From positions 8,960 through 72,959 of the forward strand of contig JAFEFF010000210.1 in assembly GCA_018240745.1 (NCBI GenBank): a DNA stretch of 64,000 nucleotides. The letters run 5' to 3'. The translations under genes and the position numbers were made by a program. Of the stretch, positions 59,195 through 64,000 are shown one piece after another. How positions within the stretch are numbered: position 1 is the stretch's first letter; every line of letters starts with the position of its first letter. The stretch comes from Pseudomonadota bacterium. GTDB lineage: Bacteria > Pseudomonadota > Alphaproteobacteria > Reyranellales > Reyranellaceae. Below the pieces are notes generated by a model, which worked only from the letters and a program-made list of their open reading frames with translations, searched no databases and was not told the origin of the DNA.

Positions 59195-59956
59195 CTAGAC
59201 GCCGCCGGTGACGTCGATCGTCAGCCCGGTGACGAAGTCGGCGTCGGCCGAGGCGAGGAAACAGATCACCCGCGCCTGGTCCTCCGGCAGAGCGACGCGG
59301 CGCAGCGGCGTGCGCTCGATCTCCTCGGCCTGCGCCGCCTGCGAGCGCTTCTCCCAGTGCGGCCGGATGCGTTCGGTCAGCGTGACGCTGGGCGCGATCG
59401 CGTTGACGTTGATGTTGTCGGGCCCGAGCTCGTGCGCGAGCTTGCGGGTGAAGGCGATGATGCCGCCCTTGGCCGCCGCATAGGCGCTCGAGCTGTTGAC
59501 GCTGAGGCCGCGGCCCGCGATCGAGGCCAGGTTGACGATCTTGCCGCTGCGCTGGCGCCGCATCTGCGGGATCACCGCATGCGTCACCAGGAAGGTGCCG
59601 TCGAGATTGAAGGCGATCAGCTTCTGCCAGTCGGCGAAGCTCATCTGCTCCGTCGTGACCTGCGGGTTGGCGATCACCGTGCTGCCGCCTACCGCATTCA
59701 CCAGGATATCGATCGCGCCGTGCTCCTTCACGACGTCGGCGACCAACCCATCGACCTCGGCCGGCGCCAGGGCATCCGCGAGCCGCCCATCGGCGCAGCC
59801 GCTGCGCTTCAGCGACGCCATCGCCTCCTCGAGCCGGCCCTGGTGGTTGTCGACGGCGATCACCGTCGCCCCCTCGCGTACCATGATCTCCGCGGTCGCC
59901 CGACCGATGCCGTTGGCCGCCGCGGTGATCAGCGCGACCTTGTTGGTGAAACGCAC
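59195..59956 (-). CDS. SDR-family oxidoreductase
   Basis: 253 aa with TAAANGIG, NAVG and YAAAK motifs. Confidence 0.85.
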   Translation of the reverse strand: MRFTNKVALITAAANGIGRATAEIMVREGATVIAVDNHQGRLEEAMASLKRSGCADGRLADALAPAEVDGLVADVVKEHGAIDILVNAVGGSTVIANPQVTTEQMSFADWQKLIAFNLDGTFLVTHAVIPQMRRQRSGKIVNLASIAGRGLSVNSSSAYAAAKGGIIAFTRKLAHELGPDNINVNAIAPSVTLTERIRPHWEKRSQAAQAEEIERTPLRRVALPEDQARVICFLASADADFVTGLTIDVTGGV

Positions 59957-59968
59957 GAGCCGACCTCT

Positions 59969-61072
59969 CTACTCGGCCGCCTGGGCGGTGGTTTTCTTGA
60001 CCGGCCCCCACTTCTTGACCACCGGCAGGACTTCCCTGGCGAACAGCTTGAGGCCGCGTTCGGCCACCTCGTAGGGTGTGCCACCGAAGCGGAAGGCGAC
60101 GTTCATCTCGAAGTCGCCCAGCAGCTTTCGCCGCGCCTCGAGCCCGCGCAGGATCCTGTCGGGCGTGCCCCAGGAGGCGGCCTGCATGAAGCCGGTGATC
60201 GCGCCCTCCAGCCCGCCGCCCTTGCGGGCGAGGTCGGCCTTCTGCTGGTAGGCGTCGTAGCCCTTCACGCTCTTGAAGTGCTCGCCCAGGAATTCGTAGT
60301 GGTGGAAGTTGCTCTCGACGAACTTGCCCTGATAGCGGCGCGCCTCTTCCTCCAACCCGACCGGATTGGGCCCGCAGACGCAGAACTCGGTCAGCATCAC
60401 CGCGGGCGGCTCGGTGCCGTGATACGTGCGGTGCAGGGCACGGCCGCGCTCGATGTTGGGCGCGCGCATCTCCCACGGCCGGTCGGCGAACATCACCATG
60501 TGGGCGCCGAGCCTGGCGGCCGAGTCGATCGAATCCTCGCTCGAGGCGACGGCGTAGATGCGGCCGTCGAAGGAATGCTGCGGCCGCGGGCGGATCTCGG
60601 TGCGGGGTTGCTTGTAGTATGGGCCGTCGCCCTCCATCACGCCGGTCTTGAGCGCCTTGACGATCATCGGTGCGGCCTCGTCGAAGCGGCCGCGCGATTC
60701 GTCCATGCTCTGGCGGAACGCCGCGAACTCGCGCCGCGCCAGCCCGCGGCCCATGCCGAAACGGAACCTGCCGCCGCTCAGCAGGTCGAGGACGGCAGCG
60801 TTCTCCGCCACGCGCAGCGGGTCGTGCCACGGCAGGATGACGGCGGCCGTGCCGACATCCATGTGCGGATGGCGCGCCGTCAGGTAGCTCATCAGCTGGA
60901 TGTTGTCGGGCACGAACGAGTAGTCGTTGAAATGGTGCTCGGCCGACCACAGGCAGTCGAAGCCCGAATCGGCGGCCAGCCGGGCGAGCCGGATCTCCTC
61001 CTTCCAGACGCGATCGTCGGAGCAGTCGTCCCAGCCGTAGCTGGCGAAGACCATCATCATCCCAACGTCCAT
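59969..61072 (-). CDS. LLM-class flavin-dependent oxidoreductase (luciferase-like monooxygenase)
   Basis: 367 aa with GFDCLWSAEHHFNDYSFVPD...GRFRFGMGRG. Confidence 0.85.
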   Translation of the reverse strand: MDVGMMMVFASYGWDDCSDDRVWKEEIRLARLAADSGFDCLWSAEHHFNDYSFVPDNIQLMSYLTARHPHMDVGTAAVILPWHDPLRVAENAAVLDLLSGGRFRFGMGRGLARREFAAFRQSMDESRGRFDEAAPMIVKALKTGVMEGDGPYYKQPRTEIRPRPQHSFDGRIYAVASSEDSIDSAARLGAHMVMFADRPWEMRAPNIERGRALHRTYHGTEPPAVMLTEFCVCGPNPVGLEEEARRYQGKFVESNFHHYEFLGEHFKSVKGYDAYQQKADLARKGGGLEGAITGFMQAASWGTPDRILRGLEARRKLLGDFEMNVAFRFGGTPYEVAERGLKLFAREVLPVVKKWGPVKKTTAQAAE

Positions 61073-61147
61073 GGCTTCCTCCGGATCCTGTCGACCCGGA
61101 TGGTTTCACGGACGGACGGTCAGGACAATCCGCTCAGGAGAGGCGGC

Positions 61148-61495
61148 TCAGGAAAGGCCGCGGCTGCGGCGCCGCCTCGGAGGGCGGCTGCCGCCCAGGA
61201 AACTGGGGTCGGTACGGCCGCCAATCCGCCGACCAAGCCACAGGAACAGCACACCGGCGATCACGAAGGCCGGCAGCGCCGGCATCCTGAGGATGGGCAG
61301 CAGCACGCGCGTCCAGACAGTGGCTCCGAGGTCGCGCTCGAAGGCGGTCAGAGAGGCGAGATCGAGCCGCGACCACACGTCGCCCAGGGCCAGCAGATGG
61401 AACGCGCCATCGGACCACCAGCTCAGGCCGTCGAAAACGACCGCGCCCACAGCCAGCGCCAGCAACAGCCAACCCAAGGCCCGAAACAGGACCAT
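61148..61495 (-). CDS. hypothetical small membrane protein
   Basis: 115 aa from the ATG at 61495 (MVLFRALGWLLLALAVGAVVF...), with 2-3 TM segments and an Arg-rich tail. The longer track ORF (to 61843) would run across the tRNA gene. Confidence 0.5.
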   Translation of the reverse strand: MVLFRALGWLLLALAVGAVVFDGLSWWSDGAFHLLALGDVWSRLDLASLTAFERDLGATVWTRVLLPILRMPALPAFVIAGVLFLWLGRRIGGRTDPSFLGGSRPPRRRRSRGLS

Positions 61496-61604
61496 TACGG
61501 CTCCCCAAGAACCCCAATGAGCCAGCAGGGTACCGAACCCCTGCCGCCGAGGGAAGATGCCGTTGCCCCCAGCCGAGACCGCGCTATAAGAGCGGCCACT
61601 ATTG

Positions 61605-61694
61605 GGACAGGTGGCCGAGTGGTTTAAGGCACACGCTTGGAAAGCGTGCGTGGTGTAACAGCCACCGCGGGTTCGAATCCCGCCCTGTCCGCCA
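61605..61694 (+). tRNA. tRNA-Ser (anticodon GGA)
   Basis: I folded the cloverleaf by eye. The acceptor is GGACAGG/CCTGTCC, the anticodon stem CACGC/GCGTG with loop TTGGAAA, the T-arm GCGGG-TTCGAAT-CCCGC, and there is a long variable arm. CCA is encoded. Confidence 0.93.
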
Positions 61695-61903
61695 GTCAGT
61701 CTGCACGTGGCGGTAGTTTCCGCGCGTGGACCGAGAATGGTCCCGCAATGGGGACTTTCTTCGTCGAGGCGTCCGTGCCGAGTGCGAAGCGGAGCATGCG
61801 GCAACTCCGCAATGTCGCCCCCAGACCCCATACCGGACGTCATCCAGCCGATTATTTTGGCGATATACCGCGGACGGCTCGAGAGCGTTGCCTCTGAGAC
61901 TTG

Positions 61904-62989
61904 CTACGCCAACGCCAACCGCCTGGTGTCGCGGTAGCCGGTTTCCGACAACTCGCCCCAATCCATGACGCCGGCGAGGAAGCTCATGTAGCTGTCGTGA
62001 ACCTTGCGGGTCAGCGGATCCTTGGCGGCGGCGGCAGCGAGGACCTCCCTGCTGAGCGTGCCGAACGTCCTGATCAGCTCGTCGCTGAAGCGCAGGATCT
62101 TGATGCGCTTGTCTTGCCGCAGGAGCTTGAGCGATTTCACGTTCTCGGTGTTGAACTCGGCCAGCGATCGGGTGACCTCGGCTTGTGCCGCCGCCTCGAT
62201 CAATGCCCGTTCGCCCGCCGTCAATCCCTCCCACAGCGTTTTGTTGACGCCCAGGGTCAAGCTTGTTCCGGGCTCGTGAAACCCGGGATAGTAGTAGTGA
62301 TCGGCCGCCTTGTTGAGCCCGAGGTCCAGGTCCATCCACGGTCCGATCCACTCGGCGGCATCGATTGCACCGGACTTGAGCGCCGTAGCGATATCGCCGG
62401 GCGCGGTCGTCACCACCGTCGCGCCCATGCGGCGCAGCACTTCGGCGCCGGGTCCAGCCATGCGATAGCGCAGCCCCTTGTAATCGCCCGGCCGATTGAT
62501 TTCCTTGGTGAACCAGCCACCCATCTGCACGCCGGTATTCGTGGCCATCAACGGCTTGATATTGAACTGTGCGTCGACCTCGTCCCACAATTGTTGGCCG
62601 CCGCCGAAGTCGATCCACGAGCACAACTCGTCGGTGGTCATGCCATAGGGCACCGTGGTGAAGAAATACAGCGCCGACGACTTGCTGCCGAAGTAGCCTT
62701 CGTAGGTGTGATACATATCGGCGACGCCGGCAGAAACGGCATCGAAAGTCTCCAAAGCTCGCACAAGACGGCCTGCCGGATAGACGGTGACCGTTAGTCG
62801 CCGTTCCGACATCGCCGTAATCGATCGCGCCAGCCGCTCCGCGCTGGTCTGCAGCCCGACCGTGTTCTCGGGCCAGTCGGTCACCATCTTGAGTTCTTTG
62901 AGTCCTTGCGCGATCGCCGGCGCCGGCAAGCTCCCGGCGGTTGCAATAGCGCTCGTGCCCAGCAGCAGCTGGCGGCGTCGCGTTTTCAT
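61904..62989 (-). CDS. TRAP transporter substrate-binding protein (DctP family)
   Basis: 361 aa with a Tat-like signal (MKTRRRQLLLGTSAIATAGSLPAPAIAQ), then LKMVTDWPENTVGLQT...WFTKEI...LRYRMAGPG. Confidence 0.85.
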   Translation of the reverse strand: MKTRRRQLLLGTSAIATAGSLPAPAIAQGLKELKMVTDWPENTVGLQTSAERLARSITAMSERRLTVTVYPAGRLVRALETFDAVSAGVADMYHTYEGYFGSKSSALYFFTTVPYGMTTDELCSWIDFGGGQQLWDEVDAQFNIKPLMATNTGVQMGGWFTKEINRPGDYKGLRYRMAGPGAEVLRRMGATVVTTAPGDIATALKSGAIDAAEWIGPWMDLDLGLNKAADHYYYPGFHEPGTSLTLGVNKTLWEGLTAGERALIEAAAQAEVTRSLAEFNTENVKSLKLLRQDKRIKILRFSDELIRTFGTLSREVLAAAAAKDPLTRKVHDSYMSFLAGVMDWGELSETGYRDTRRLALA

Positions 62990-63112
62990 CGTCCGCCTCC
63001 CTGGCGGAAGCTACGACAGGTTGTGCCCTGCCTGATTTTCATCCACTATCGCCGCGTGAAGCGAGGCATCAGATCGAGCTCACGGAGGAGATAGCGCACG
63101 GGAGACTAAAGG

Positions 63113-64000
63113 TTGTGGAAAGGCCGCACAATAGCGAGCGGGGTCGGGACGCGGCTGCTGCTCGTCATTTTCGGCGTTGGCGCGGTTTCCGCGCTGGTCG
63201 CGGGTGCGGCACTATATGCATTCGTTGAGGTTGGGCATTCGCTCGCGCTGATCGATCGCCGCGTCGAGCCGATCCTGGCTTCGGCCGAAGTATCGCGCAC
63301 GGTCGAGCGCATCGTAACCGCGGTCTCAGCGCTGTCGGCCGCCACCACCGAACAGAGGCGCGAACATCTGTTCGCCAAGCTCTCCAACCAATCGGCCAGG
63401 TTGCGGTCGTCTTTGAACGAATTGCACGAGGCCGGAATCGGTCAGGAACAGCTCGCGCCGATCGAGGGTTACGCTGTCGAATTGGAGGCCAATCTGACGG
63501 CGTTGGATGCGGATGTCAGGCTGCGCCTGAATTTGATCGGCAGAATCAGGAACCTGATGCAGGACCTGTTCCGTATCAATGAAGAGACCCGGCAGTTGTT
63601 GGGACCCACGTTCCTCGTCTACGACAGCCAACTCGATCACCTCGCCAAGCTGTCGGCTGACGCCGGACAAGCGTCCGTTTTGCGCGAACAAGACCTGCGT
63701 TCGCTGATAGCCGGCCTGCTCGCTGCCCGGCCGGTGCAGAAGGTGCAGCGACAGGCCTCGGATGTCGCCGACACGCTGGCGCAGGCCGCAGTCAGCGAGC
63801 AAGAGCAGCGGCTGCAGGTCCTCGCTTTTCAGCTGCGCCGCGCGATCAGCGAGCTGGAGAAGGGATCGCAGACGCTCGACCCGAAGCTACGCCCGCTGTT
63901 CCTGGCGCAGGTCGACAAGCTCAAGCCCCTTGCCGACGGGCCGAATTCGATATCGCAGTTGCGTCGGCACGAGCTGGCGCTGATCGCCGATACTGGCCGG
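63113..64000 (+). CDS. membrane sensor protein, N-terminal part (3' end outside window)
   Basis: The frame is open from the TTG at 63113 (in-frame TAA at 63107, GGAG Shine-Dalgarno) to the window end. It has one TM segment (LLLVIFGVGAVSALVAGAALYAF) followed by a long helical periplasmic-type region. The output domain is not visible. Confidence 0.5.
   Translation, partial: MWKGRTIASGVGTRLLLVIFGVGAVSALVAGAALYAFVEVGHSLALIDRRVEPILASAEVSRTVERIVTAVSALSAATTEQRREHLFAKLSNQSARLRSSLNELHEAGIGQEQLAPIEGYAVELEANLTALDADVRLRLNLIGRIRNLMQDLFRINEETRQLLGPTFLVYDSQLDHLAKLSADAGQASVLREQDLRSLIAGLLAARPVQKVQRQASDVADTLAQAAVSEQEQRLQVLAFQLRRAISELEKGSQTLDPKLRPLFLAQVDKLKPLADGPNSISQLRRHELALIADTGR

Noticed and set aside
58811-61627. 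938-aa plus-strand ORF and 794-aa minus alternative-frame ORF (58725..61109) spanning the LLM/SDR cluster
   Set aside because: They overlap three well-supported genes in other frames and show low-complexity Arg/Gly/Asp-rich translations. The plus ORF would also run into the tRNA gene.
61605-61903. tRNA-Ser as a genomic-island integration site
   Set aside because: No integrase is present, and I saw no direct repeat of the tRNA 3' end downstream. The next genes (TRAP binding protein, sensor) look like ordinary chromosomal genes.

Overview
This is a visibly high-GC alphaproteobacterial chromosomal segment. Gene content and order are fmt-truA, dapE, smc, mutY, ccrM, rnhB, a split F0 operon atpI-B-E-F'-F, riboswitch-controlled gcvT-H-PA-PB, ispH-thrB-rnhA, thrS-infC, rpmI-rplT-pheST, lepA and tRNA-Ser. 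This looks like a Hyphomicrobiales/Bradyrhizobiaceae-type genome, but the taxon is inference only. I support about 70 protein genes, one tRNA and one tandem glycine riboswitch, and most of the window is core housekeeping. The unusual or accessory content is: (1) a stand-alone GIY-YIG nuclease ORF sitting inside an array of large palindromic repeat units; (2) at least three families of REP-like palindromic intergenic elements; (3) a roughly 3-kb decayed mobile-element remnant with an intact DUF3987 P-loop gene and a reiterated GCGGGAA(A)T motif; (4) a VapBC-type toxin-antitoxin pair with a palindromic operator; (5) short tandem repeats inside genes (14 bp x3 at the lytic-transglycosylase/cysteine-dioxygenase junction, 15 bp x4 at the rnhA 5' end); (6) an in-frame DUF721-DsbA fusion ORF; (7) a frameshifted GST; (8) GANTC clusters next to ccrM and mutY; (9) infC with a non-AUG (AUA) start. 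I did not find a complete, convincing novel multi-gene system: there is no CRISPR, no defence-island-like operon and no integrase. The best candidate for something undescribed is the GIY-YIG/palindromic-repeat association, followed by the DUF3987 remnant with its repeated motif. Many long ORFs in the supplied track are antisense or alternative-frame artefacts of the high GC content and were rejected.
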